This document shows positions 36,341 to 45,438 of a stretch of DNA of 64,000 nucleotides, in pieces. Each line of letters starts with the position of its first letter. The stretch's first letter is position 1. This DNA is from Oceanicoccus sp. Lineage in GTDB: Bacteria; Pseudomonadota; Gammaproteobacteria; Pseudomonadales; Dasaniaceae. The position numbers were made by a program, and so were the translations under genes. The stretch is taken from positions 9,150-73,149 of the forward strand of contig JBALTE010000011.1 in assembly GCA_036963965.1 (NCBI GenBank). Direction: 5' to 3'. Below the pieces are notes generated by a model, which was not told the origin of the DNA, did no database searches, and saw only the letters and a program-made list of their open reading frames with translations.

Positions 36341-37327
36341 ATGTCTTTTATAATTAACGATTACATATTGGAACAAACAGGGGCCAGTTCAGCGCGGTGT
36401 GTAGAAGTGATCCAATCACTTTGGAGCGGTTATGGAGAAATTGCCCGTTATGACCTTGAAGGGACGTGTCGCTCCTCCGTAGTGGTAAAACGTATTGCCC
36501 CACCTGACCGCAGGAATCATCCTCGTGGATGGAATAGTGACTTTTCCCATGCCAGAAAAATCGAATCTTATCTTGTTGAATCAAACTGGTATCAGTATTG
36601 GTCTTGTCGGTGTGATGACCTGTGTCGTGTGCCCGATTGTTTGGGCATAAAAAAATTCGACACCGAATTGATCATTATACTTGAGGATCTGGATGAATCT
36701 GGTTTCGGCAGACGGCCGGATGATTTAGATGACAATGATATCCGTGCATGTTTAAGCTGGCTGGCTAACTTTCATGCTCGTTTTATGAATGATAGCGCTG
36801 AAAAATTGTGGGAAGTAGGGACCTACTGGCATTTATCAACCCGGCCTGATGAATGGAGTGCTATGGAAGATGGTTTGCTCAAACAATCCGCGTCGCTGCT
36901 TGATGATAGGCTCAATAATGCGTGTTTCACTACGATAGTGCATGGGGACGCCAAAAGCGCTAATTTCTGTTTTTCCGAACCGGGAGGCGCGGTAGCTGCT
37001 GTTGATTTCCAGTATGTTGGTGGTGGCTGCGGTATGAAAGATGTTGCGTATTTTATGGGTAGCTGCATGGATGAAAATGTTTGTGAACGCGATGAGCAGC
37101 GTTATCTGAACCATTATTTCAAGGAGTTGAAACAGGCTCTGGAGCGATATGATAAACAACTCATTTTTGTAGATCTTGAGCAGGAATGGCGTGAGCTCTT
37201 CCCGATAGCGTGGACGGACTTTTATCGGTTTTTACAGGGGTGGATGCCCGCGCACGGAAAAATTAACGGTTATACAAAACGTTTAGCAGAGCAAGTTCTG
37301 AGTCAGAATTGGAAGCACATCGTTTAG
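36341..37327 (+). CDS. protein-kinase-fold phosphotransferase (APH/choline-kinase/ecdysteroid-kinase-like)
   Basis: Catalytic-loop IVHGDAKSANF and the downstream VDFQYVGGG (DFG-equivalent). Confidence 0.7.
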   Translation: MSFIINDYILEQTGASSARCVEVIQSLWSGYGEIARYDLEGTCRSSVVVKRIAPPDRRNHPRGWNSDFSHARKIESYLVESNWYQYWSCRCDDLCRVPDCLGIKKFDTELIIILEDLDESGFGRRPDDLDDNDIRACLSWLANFHARFMNDSAEKLWEVGTYWHLSTRPDEWSAMEDGLLKQSASLLDDRLNNACFTTIVHGDAKSANFCFSEPGGAVAAVDFQYVGGGCGMKDVAYFMGSCMDENVCERDEQRYLNHYFKELKQALERYDKQLIFVDLEQEWRELFPIAWTDFYRFLQGWMPAHGKINGYTKRLAEQVLSQNWKHIV

Positions 37328-37548
37328 CTTCGTTTTGTAGCTCTGCGTTGGTTTCTGTCACTAAGGTTATTAAGGAAGGATTTCAGCTCAGTTTCGCCCC
37401 AGGTCTGAGCTTCTTTCTCAGTTGCAAAACCTTCCTGGGATTTAGACACGGCGAATTGTGTTTTAGACACTTTTCGGACAATTTCACTAGTCCAGCTAGT
37501 GCCATCTTGTTTAATCTGGACATGATATTTTGGGTTTTTCATGCTCAA
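37324..37548 (-). CDS. hypothetical small basic protein
   Basis: A 74-aa ORF whose start overlaps the stop of the upstream lipoprotein gene by 4 nt. No confident family. Confidence 0.45.
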   Translation of the reverse strand: MSMKNPKYHVQIKQDGTSWTSEIVRKVSKTQFAVSKSQEGFATEKEAQTWGETELKSFLNNLSDRNQRRATKRS

Positions 37549-38177
37549 CGTTCCAACATTTTCTGTTCATCCATTTGTTTAACAAATGAAGTAATAAATG
37601 CATCGCGTAGCTTGTCCATGTTTTCAGGGTTGAGAGAACTGGACGACGCTTGCCATAAGTGATCCTCGGTAGCTACCTCGTAGAGGTCTGAAACCAGTGT
37701 CACATATTTATTATTCATCCATACATCGGGTTGGGAATATACTTTGGTGATCTGCGTATAATAGCCCCCAAAACGGCCATGGTAACCGCCGCCATAAGCC
37801 GGTGTACGTGCATAATAGGATCTGCCTTGATAAAATACCGGTTGTTCAAAAGTACCGGCATAACGGGTCACCAAAATAGTATCTAGTTGGGCGGCATTTG
37901 CAGCTGCAATCACGTCTTCTTTTTTGGTGGCACCAGCAGCCAGTGTATAACTGGATACTGCATTGATCCCTTGCTCTTGCAAGGCTTTGGTATATGCCTG
38001 TTCAAATTCAGTACGCATGGTTTCATCGTGAGATACAGCTACCACCAAAACACCGTTTAAGTCTTTGTCTTTGAAGTCAGGTTTCACCCAGCTATCGCCA
38101 ATTGTTGCAGTCGTTCCGCAAGCAGCCAAACAGAGGATCAAAGCAATGCTGAAGAGCAATTTTATCGGTATTGGCAT
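37545..38177 (-). CDS. lipoprotein (DUF4136-like)
   Basis: Lipobox LCLAAC after a signal peptide. Confidence 0.65.
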   Translation of the reverse strand: MPIPIKLLFSIALILCLAACGTTATIGDSWVKPDFKDKDLNGVLVVAVSHDETMRTEFEQAYTKALQEQGINAVSSYTLAAGATKKEDVIAAANAAQLDTILVTRYAGTFEQPVFYQGRSYYARTPAYGGGYHGRFGGYYTQITKVYSQPDVWMNNKYVTLVSDLYEVATEDHLWQASSSSLNPENMDKLRDAFITSFVKQMDEQKMLER

Positions 38178-38619
38178 GACACATTATTACCCGTTGATTT
38201 AAAAGCGCTATTATAGCCGGTGTGAGCTAGAAAGGCCCTTTTATCTTGTCGCCCAGTTTTAACAGGGTCATGGGTCGTCAATGCAATTGCCTATAGAGGC
38301 AATATAACTTATGCCTCATACCCCGATCTATATCAATAACCTTTTGCACATAGCTCGGCTGACATGTTTTCTATATATTCGTCGGAATAGTAAATTCAAG
38401 TTTGTTTAATAGTCGCTTGCAGACGATGTTTCTGGCGATGAGAATTGCACCGAAAGGGATTGTATCTGTTTCGAGAGCATCTCTGTCATGACTTTAGCAA
38501 AGATCAATGGTCACATTTGCTATACGAAAATATCTGGAGAAATTCGATGGTGAAATTGAGCCAAAGCGGGTAATTTATCGTAAACACTGTTATCAACAAA
38601 TAAACTTGGGAGAGTAACT

Positions 38620-39333
38620 ATGTTATACCAGTTAGCGTCATATTTTTCGCCAGTCGGGAAATCGCTTATTATTGCAAGCTCGGTCTTAATGGTAGCTTGT
38701 GCTCAACAGCCGAGCATACAGTCAGGTAGTGACGCCGAAAAGTTAGGTGATAACCTTTATAAAATTGATAACGCCAATGTTAAAAAAGCCTATGTTGATC
38801 CGAATGCAGATTTTTCGGCATACACCAAAATATTATTGGCACCTCTGGACCTGGAGAATGTGGCAATAACTCAGCCATCAAAAGGTAGCTTTAATAACAA
38901 AGAATGGACGTTGGATGAGCGGGATAAAGATACGCTTCGTGAGCGCTATCAGGCGGTAATGGTGAAGTATCTACAAGAGGACAAACCGGATAACCCCGGG
39001 TACCAAATAGTTACCGAAGCGGGAGAGGGTGTATTGTTGGTTTCCGCTTCTATAATCGCACTGGCTCCTAGCGCGCCCAAGGATGATGGTCGCAGCAGAT
39101 CCATCGGAAGATCTCACGTGTTTACCCAAAGCGCCGGCACTATGACCATTGGTTTACTGGTTAGCGACGCGCAAACAGGTAAAAGCTTGATAACAGCAGC
39201 AGATCAGCGCAGTGGCTGGGGTGCTTATAGCCGCAACAATAGAGCTACCAATCTTGCTGATGTGAATCTGGTATTCGGTAACTGGGCGAATAAGCTGCGC
39301 CATAGCCTGGATCATATTAGCGATATTATGTAA
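38620..39333 (+). CDS. lipoprotein (DUF3313-like)
   Basis: Lipobox LMVAC after a signal peptide. The family name is from memory only. Confidence 0.6.
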   Translation: MLYQLASYFSPVGKSLIIASSVLMVACAQQPSIQSGSDAEKLGDNLYKIDNANVKKAYVDPNADFSAYTKILLAPLDLENVAITQPSKGSFNNKEWTLDERDKDTLRERYQAVMVKYLQEDKPDNPGYQIVTEAGEGVLLVSASIIALAPSAPKDDGRSRSIGRSHVFTQSAGTMTIGLLVSDAQTGKSLITAADQRSGWGAYSRNNRATNLADVNLVFGNWANKLRHSLDHISDIM

Positions 39334-39498
39334 GTTTTAGTAAACCACTTTACACGGTTCGGTTTGGCTGCGCAGACTCTTAAAGTCCGAACCGCGCTCT
39401 AGAAAATTCGTTAGCCTCATTTCATCACTGTTTAGGTTGTGGAGTATATGGGGTAAAGTCACTCTAAAACTGCGTTTATGGGCGTTAGAGAGCTTCGA

Positions 39499-40830
39499 AT
39501 GAATAAGAAAAAAATCTGCGTTGTTGGAGGCGGCCCGGCAGGGCTCACAACAACAAAAACCCTGGTTGCTGCAGGACATGAGGTCGACTGTATCGAGATG
39601 TCGCCTTATATTGGTGGCCACTGGGTACTGGAAAACCCCAATGGACGTTCTGCTGCATATCGGTCACTGACGACCAATACCACCAAAAATATGAGTCGCT
39701 TTAGTGACTATGAGCTGCCTGAAGATTGGCCGACCTATCCCGGTCATGAGCAGCTGCGACAGTGGCTGGAAAGTTATGTTGATTATTTTTCCTTCCGCAA
39801 ACGCATTCAAACCAGCACAGAAGTCGTGGCCACCCAGCAGCGTGATGACGGTGGTTGGACGGTAACATTGCGACGAGGCGACAGTCAGCTGACAGAAGAT
39901 GTCGAATATGATGCACTGGTAGCCGCAAGTGGCAGTTATTGGGATTACCAAATACCGCAGTGGCAGGGCACTTTTGATGGCACTATTATTCATGCCCAAG
40001 ACTATATCGATACCGACAAACCTTTTGCCACAGAGGGTGCTAATGTGGTGGTGGTGGGTATTGGTAACACCGGTTGTGAGCTTTCATGTGAAATTTCACG
40101 AGCGGGAGCTGCCTCGGTACACCTTTCGGCTCGGGGTGGGGCTTGGATTCTACCGCGGTTAATCGATGGTAAACCGGCTTCAGACAGCAGCCCTATGGTT
40201 CATCCCTGTGACCCGGTTCCAGCCTTATTTCGCTGGACACCGGCCGCCTATCGCGAGCGTCTATTTGAATGGGTTGCCGGCAAAAAAATCCGTCAGATGC
40301 ATGCCGCGCGTATGGCACGTTTTCATGAATTGGGTTTGCCACCAGCGCCGGAGAACCCGATATTCAATCGGCCGACGATTTCTGACGATATCCTGGGGTA
40401 TCTGGAGCGCGGTGCAATTACAGCGCAGCCTGAGATTGAGCGTCTCAGTGGCCAAAATGTCATTTTTGCCAATGGCGAATCGGTTAGGGCAGATTTTGTG
40501 CTGTGTGCCACGGGTTATCGGCTGAGTTTCCCTTACATAGACAAAACGGTTGTTGATACTAGCGATAACGACCTTAACTTGTTTTGTGGAATAGTGCCGC
40601 CGCAGTGTGACAATTTGTTTTTTATTGGCGTGAGCCGTCCCCTTGGGTCGTTCTGGCCGCTGGCCGAGGCGCAGGCGCAATTTGTCGGTGAACTACTTGC
40701 CGGTCGTTATCGATTGCCCCCGGCAGAACAACTGCTGCAGCGATCCGCTCCGGCGCTCAATCGTGTCTCCACGAGCCCGGGTTTGTATGGTCTGTCGCTA
40801 CGCGAAGAGCTAGCTCGAGGAGCTTGCTAA
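39499..40830 (+). CDS. class B flavin-containing monooxygenase (FMO-like)
   Basis: GGGPAGL FAD motif, FMO-identifying F-x-G-x3-H-x3-Y (FDGTIIHAQDY) and the second dinucleotide motif GIGNTGCE. Confidence 0.85.
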   Translation: MNKKKICVVGGGPAGLTTTKTLVAAGHEVDCIEMSPYIGGHWVLENPNGRSAAYRSLTTNTTKNMSRFSDYELPEDWPTYPGHEQLRQWLESYVDYFSFRKRIQTSTEVVATQQRDDGGWTVTLRRGDSQLTEDVEYDALVAASGSYWDYQIPQWQGTFDGTIIHAQDYIDTDKPFATEGANVVVVGIGNTGCELSCEISRAGAASVHLSARGGAWILPRLIDGKPASDSSPMVHPCDPVPALFRWTPAAYRERLFEWVAGKKIRQMHAARMARFHELGLPPAPENPIFNRPTISDDILGYLERGAITAQPEIERLSGQNVIFANGESVRADFVLCATGYRLSFPYIDKTVVDTSDNDLNLFCGIVPPQCDNLFFIGVSRPLGSFWPLAEAQAQFVGELLAGRYRLPPAEQLLQRSAPALNRVSTSPGLYGLSLREELARGAC

Positions 40831-41001
40831 AAACACTGGTTCAATATGGCGGATGCGTGGAGAGGGAATACCATAATAAGTCCACCATGGATTGTCTGTG
40901 CGCAAAAGAGTATTGTGATATTCGCGATACAGGCTGACAGGGAGTAATGAACTCTGTAGGCAAAAAATTGTAAGAACTAGAATTGAGTTGGAGGTGCATC
41001 T

Positions 41002-42114
41002 ATGGCAGCGACAGATATCTTGAATCAACAGGAAGAATATAACTCAGTTGCCAGGAAATATGCACAGCGCTTGGTCGAATTTAGAGCCGCTGAAAAACAA
41101 GCAACAAGCGCGCGAGAAAAACCGGCAGAGGAAGTGTTCCCCGCTTTCGACAGAACCGGACTGGGGGTAAGCCTTGAGTTTGAACGCATGGGAAATCAAT
41201 CTGTTTCTGACCAATTACAGTCACAGGCGGATGCTTTTGGAATAAGGTTTGAACATATCGGGTTAACCCTTGGAACAATATTGCATGGCATCGATATAAA
41301 ACAGACGCTGTCGGAAGAACTCACTAAGTTTGTTCGAGATACGTTATTAGAACGCAAGGTGATTTTTTTTCGGGATCAAAATTTGTCCGAAGATGAGCAG
41401 GTGTCATTTAGTCGACAGTTCGGTGAACTTGATGCATTTCCTTTTGGTAAACCGGGGGATAATCCCTATATTTTGGAGATAGTTCATGGTCCACAAAGTC
41501 CCGGGATAGAGAATAGTTGGCATACTGACGTTACGTGGATGGAAAAACCTTCCCTTGGGTCAATTGCTCAGTGTGTCAGAGTGCCACCTTATGGGGGTGA
41601 TACACTTTTTGCTGACAGTTACGCGTGTTATCGCGGCTTGCCCGACGGTATTGCAGAACGACTTCAGCACCTCCATGCGATTAATGATTATCAGATTTTT
41701 CTGATGGGGAGGGGCGCTGGACAGCTACCCGATGACCTTGTTGATGGACTCAAAAAAGAGATACCTTTTGGGGTGAGTCATCCACTGCTACGCACGCACC
41801 CGGAAACAGGAATAACAGCTCTGTATATTCATGGTGGTTTTTTAAGGCATGATTCACTGTTTGATGTACGTACCGGAGAAAGTTTGCCCGCCGCAGAGTC
41901 GAGGCAATTGGTCGCGCTACTTCTAAAACAACACGGACGACCTGAATACGGCTGTCGTTTTAAGTGGGAGCCAGGGTCAATAGCTTTTTGGGATAACCGC
42001 GCGGTGCAGCATTATGCCGCAAGCGATTACTTCCCCCACGACAGATTGTTGCGCAGAGTTACGGTCAGTGGTGATAAGCCATTTTATGATGCAGCGTTTA
42101 AAACTGAGAGCTAG
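41002..42114 (+). CDS. TauD/TfdA-family Fe(II)/2-oxoglutarate dioxygenase with an ~80-aa N-terminal extension
   Basis: WHTDVTW (H-x-D facial triad) and the C-terminal WDNRAVQH motif. Confidence 0.85.
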   Translation: MAATDILNQQEEYNSVARKYAQRLVEFRAAEKQATSAREKPAEEVFPAFDRTGLGVSLEFERMGNQSVSDQLQSQADAFGIRFEHIGLTLGTILHGIDIKQTLSEELTKFVRDTLLERKVIFFRDQNLSEDEQVSFSRQFGELDAFPFGKPGDNPYILEIVHGPQSPGIENSWHTDVTWMEKPSLGSIAQCVRVPPYGGDTLFADSYACYRGLPDGIAERLQHLHAINDYQIFLMGRGAGQLPDDLVDGLKKEIPFGVSHPLLRTHPETGITALYIHGGFLRHDSLFDVRTGESLPAAESRQLVALLLKQHGRPEYGCRFKWEPGSIAFWDNRAVQHYAASDYFPHDRLLRRVTVSGDKPFYDAAFKTES

Positions 42115-42179
42115 TTTGGATACGAGTAATAAAAACTGGCAAGCTATCGTCGTAGTTCAATAAAAGGAGTAAGCATAAT

Positions 42180-42668
42180 ATGTCTAAATTTCTAAACTCT
42201 GGAGACGTTTTTCCCTCCATCACCTTGAATTTGGCGGGTGGGGGTACCTTCTCACTGCCGGACGATATTGAAACGCCAATGACGATCGCCTTGTTCTATC
42301 GAGGTCACTGGTGACCTTTTTGTCGGCGGTTATTAGCCGGTTATAATGAGCGCCGTGCTGCGTTCTTAGAAGAAGGTGTAAGTATCATTGCCGGTACGGT
42401 CGATACTGAAGAGCAAACCCTCGAAATATCTCAAGACTGGGACTTTCCAGTCGCGTATGGCATGACTCGCGCTGACGGTGATGCAATGGGGGCATGGTGG
42501 GAGCAACGACGTGATCATATTCAGCCGAGCGAGTTCTTACTGACTAAAAGCGGCAAGGTGATGATGTCAACCTACAGTAATTCGCCGATTGGCCGGATGG
42601 ATCCTGCGGAGGCACTGGTGTTAATTAAATTTTTGAACGCACAGCGGGCCAAGGCTAAGCAGGGCTAA
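42180..42668 (+). CDS. peroxiredoxin-like (AhpC/TSA, PRX_like2-type) thioredoxin-fold protein with an in-frame TGA at codon 45: candidate selenoprotein, or a recent pseudogene
   Basis: The ATG at 42180 has AGGAG at 42165-42169. The frame is open except for the TGA at 42312-42314 and ends at TAA 42666-42668. Context is ALFYRGHW-TGA-PFCRR. The paralogue at 45439..46116 reads VVFYRGGWCPYCNV. The track lists only the last 68 aa (42462..42668). Confidence 0.6.
42322..42341 (+). promoter_or_regulatory. candidate SECIS-like hairpin downstream of the in-frame TGA
   Basis: GUCGGC (42322-42327) pairs with GCCGGU (42336-42341): four G-C pairs plus two G-U wobbles. The 8-nt apical loop GGUUAUUA starts 13 nt after the UGA. 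Flanking U-rich and A/U stretches could extend the stem with bulges. Confidence 0.35.
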
Positions 42669-42675
42669 TGTACCT

Positions 42676-42715
42676 ATAGGACTCTGCTTCCCGCTGAGGT
42701 GAAGCAGAGTCCTAT
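42676..42715 (+). terminator. perfect 15-bp stem-loop after the peroxiredoxin-like ORF
   Basis: ATAGGACTCTGCTTC (42676-42690) pairs with GAAGCAGAGTCCTAT (42701-42715) around a 10-nt loop. There is no strong T-run. Confidence 0.5.
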
Positions 42716-42831
42716 CCTTGAAATTGTTCTATGTTGTATCAGTACATCATACCTTTAACACCACAACCATTATTTGTGTTTCCCGCCTCTATATACGCGT
42801 CCGTATTTTTAATGAAAATGGCACGTCAAAA

Positions 42832-43176
42832 ATGCGATATGATCTAAAACAAAAGTTGCTATTGGCAGAATATATGACAACGCAATCAATTGACTTATCG
42901 GCCCGCCAGCAAGTGATGGTGCTCTATACGGCAAACTCGGCATTGGATACCGCTGTTATTGCCTGGTCTTTTTATGATGGCACCGGCAAAACGACCCATA
43001 TGGCAGGTGATCAAAATGAACCTCCTTACCAGACGGGGCTCGATGCACTTCTTGATGGCTGGCGCCTTATTCAAGCTAGTCCACTTGTTAGCCATGTTTC
43101 GGGCGACGAGTTTAAGACCGGTTATCTGAAGTACGAGTTCTTTTTTGAAAAGATGGTTGCAATGGAGGAGGTGTAA
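42832..43176 (+). CDS. hypothetical protein (114 aa)
   Basis: An ORF whose stop (43174-43176) lies 1 nt before the next gene's ATG, with GGAGGAGG for that gene embedded in its 3' end (translational coupling). No motif recognised. The start at 42832 is my choice over the track's 42718. Confidence 0.5.
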   Translation: MRYDLKQKLLLAEYMTTQSIDLSARQQVMVLYTANSALDTAVIAWSFYDGTGKTTHMAGDQNEPPYQTGLDALLDGWRLIQASPLVSHVSGDEFKTGYLKYEFFFEKMVAMEEV

Positions 43177-43177
43177 T

Positions 43178-44110
43178 ATGAGCAAGCCGATATTACTCAG
43201 CTCAGAAAAAATGGCGCAGTTTGCTTCCCGCGGTTTCCTGATGATGGAGGGGGTGGTGCCCAAACGTATCAACGACCAGTTTCTGAAAGATATCGGCAAG
43301 GTGCCTGAGTCAGAAATCAGCGATCCAATGAGTTATTACGGCAAGGTCATGGGTAGCAGTGCCATTCCAGTCGTGAGTGCGGGAGTTCCTCTTTCTGATG
43401 GCTACCCGGCTGACAATGCCTTGGCAAAAATGTTGGCGCTTCCTAAAGTCATGGGAGCGGTGCAAAGTTTAGTGGGTGATGCGCCGAGTTTTGATCATCA
43501 TTTTTTACATATGACTTTTCCGCCTAACTTTTACCAAGACAGCAGCCGACCTCAGGCTTCGCAACACTGGCATCAGGATTCTACCATCGACCCCAGACAG
43601 GCTTTCGACGTGCAGATAATGTATTTTCCTCACGCTGTCACCGCCAAAATGGGCGGGACTCGTTATCTGCCGGGTAGCCATTTACGCATTGTCAGTGAAG
43701 CTGCCATTGGTCGTTATCAAAATATTAGAGGTCAGGAGTTCGTGACCTGTAAAGCGGGAACGTTATTGTTTATGCATATGGGTATTTGGCATGGGGGCGG
43801 CTTAAACCTATCCAACAAGGTGCGATATATGTTTAAAATTCGCATGTGCCCAACACAGCGACAAGAACGACTCTGGGATACTTCAGACCTGGGCAGCGAT
43901 CATTTTGAACAAAGGCCAATTTTCTGGACCGGGCTTAAGGGTATTACAAATCCGATTCACGAAACACTGACCACCTCCGAGCCTTGGTTCGAACATGACA
44001 CCGGGCGGCTAGAATATATTAATCGAGTGTTATTCTGGCGTTACCTGCTCGGTGATAACAGCTTTGATGCAGACTATTGGTTGACCCGAATTGAGAATGA
44101 ATTTCCTTAA
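43178..44110 (+). CDS. phytanoyl-CoA dioxygenase (PhyH) family Fe(II)/2-oxoglutarate oxygenase
   Basis: HWHQDS (H-x-D) and a distal GIWHGGG His. About 310 aa from the ATG at 43178. Confidence 0.8.
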   Translation: MSKPILLSSEKMAQFASRGFLMMEGVVPKRINDQFLKDIGKVPESEISDPMSYYGKVMGSSAIPVVSAGVPLSDGYPADNALAKMLALPKVMGAVQSLVGDAPSFDHHFLHMTFPPNFYQDSSRPQASQHWHQDSTIDPRQAFDVQIMYFPHAVTAKMGGTRYLPGSHLRIVSEAAIGRYQNIRGQEFVTCKAGTLLFMHMGIWHGGGLNLSNKVRYMFKIRMCPTQRQERLWDTSDLGSDHFEQRPIFWTGLKGITNPIHETLTTSEPWFEHDTGRLEYINRVLFWRYLLGDNSFDADYWLTRIENEFP

Positions 44111-44136
44111 CTCACTTGATCTATGATCGAGTAAAC

Positions 44137-45384
44137 ATGCCGGAGAAAAATATGAAAATGCCAGAGAAAGGCACTAGCTGGGAGCAGCTGGCACCTGAGA
44201 TGATTAACCGTGGTCGCGGTGACGCAAAGTGGCGTGAGGGCAAAACTGCAGTCTACGTTTTTAATGCAGGAGAAGATGTTGCTCGCGTACAAAAAGAAGC
44301 CTATACCATGTACATGTCGGAAAACGGTCTTGGTCCGGCAGCCTTTCCTTCTCTGAGGCAAATGGAAGAAGAAGTTATTCAAATGGGGCTAGGATTACTA
44401 CATGGACCCGAGTCGTCAGAGGGTTCGATAACTTCTGGCGGAACTGACTCAATCACAATGGCGGTAAAAGCAGCAAGAGACTATGCCAGAAATGAACTGG
44501 GTAAGACCGGGAAATTGAATATTGTGGCACCTTATTCAGCACATCCCGCTTTTGACAAAGCTTCAATTATGATGGATGTGGAATTACGCCGTATTCCTGT
44601 CGACAGCAATCTATTGGCCGACTGTGACGCGATGGCGGCTGCTATTGACGATAGCACAATGATGTTAGTGGGTTCTGCCCCCAACTTTCCTTATGGGCTG
44701 ATTGATCCGATTACTGAACTTGGCCAAATAGCTGAGCGAAAAAATGTCTGGCTCCATGTGGATGCCTGTGTCGGTGGCTACATTGCACCGTTTGTGCGGA
44801 TGAATGGTGTTGATATACCCGATTTTGATTTTTCTGTACCAGGTGTTTTATCAATGTCAGCTGATCTACACAAATACGGGTTTTGCGCTAAAGGAGCGTC
44901 AACTGTTTTGTTTAGAAATGCTGAACTCAAAAAGCATATGATTTTTGACTGCAAAGATTGGCCGGGTGGCAGAATGATTACACCGACACTAGCCGGCACA
45001 AGACCCGGCGGTGCAATTTCTGCCGCATGGGCTGTTATGAATTATCTTGGCGTTGAAGGATACAAAGACAAACATCTACAGGTAACCGACGCGCGTGCAG
45101 CGATCGAAACAGGGGTAAAGAAACTGGGATTTAAGATTCTTGGGACACCTTTGTTAGGTATTATTGCATTTGAGCATCCAGACATGGATGTGTTTGCAAT
45201 CTATAAACAAATGTATGATCGAGGTTGGTTTACGTCGTTAACAACGCAGCCCAAGGCACTACACTTGATGCTTTCTCCATTTCACAAAACCGTGACGGAT
45301 GTCTATTTGCGTGATCTTGCAGAATCAATCGAACAAGTGAAGGCTGGCGACAAAAGTGCGGTGAAAGAATCCAGATACAGTTAG
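44137..45384 (+). CDS. PLP-dependent group II decarboxylase-fold enzyme, sphingosine-1-phosphate-lyase-like
   Basis: PLP-lysine region SMSADLHKYGFCAKGASTVLFRN, followed by WPGGRMITPTLAGTRPGGAISAAWA. This closely parallels my recollection of the SGPL1 sequence ISADTHKYGFAPKGSS...GGIYASPTIAGSRPGG. No N-terminal TM segment is present. Confidence 0.75.
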   Translation: MPEKNMKMPEKGTSWEQLAPEMINRGRGDAKWREGKTAVYVFNAGEDVARVQKEAYTMYMSENGLGPAAFPSLRQMEEEVIQMGLGLLHGPESSEGSITSGGTDSITMAVKAARDYARNELGKTGKLNIVAPYSAHPAFDKASIMMDVELRRIPVDSNLLADCDAMAAAIDDSTMMLVGSAPNFPYGLIDPITELGQIAERKNVWLHVDACVGGYIAPFVRMNGVDIPDFDFSVPGVLSMSADLHKYGFCAKGASTVLFRNAELKKHMIFDCKDWPGGRMITPTLAGTRPGGAISAAWAVMNYLGVEGYKDKHLQVTDARAAIETGVKKLGFKILGTPLLGIIAFEHPDMDVFAIYKQMYDRGWFTSLTTQPKALHLMLSPFHKTVTDVYLRDLAESIEQVKAGDKSAVKESRYS

Positions 45385-45438
45385 TCATTCTAATTCAATA
45401 TCAAAAATGACAGCTGCGTGAGGTGTTGTTGATGACGT

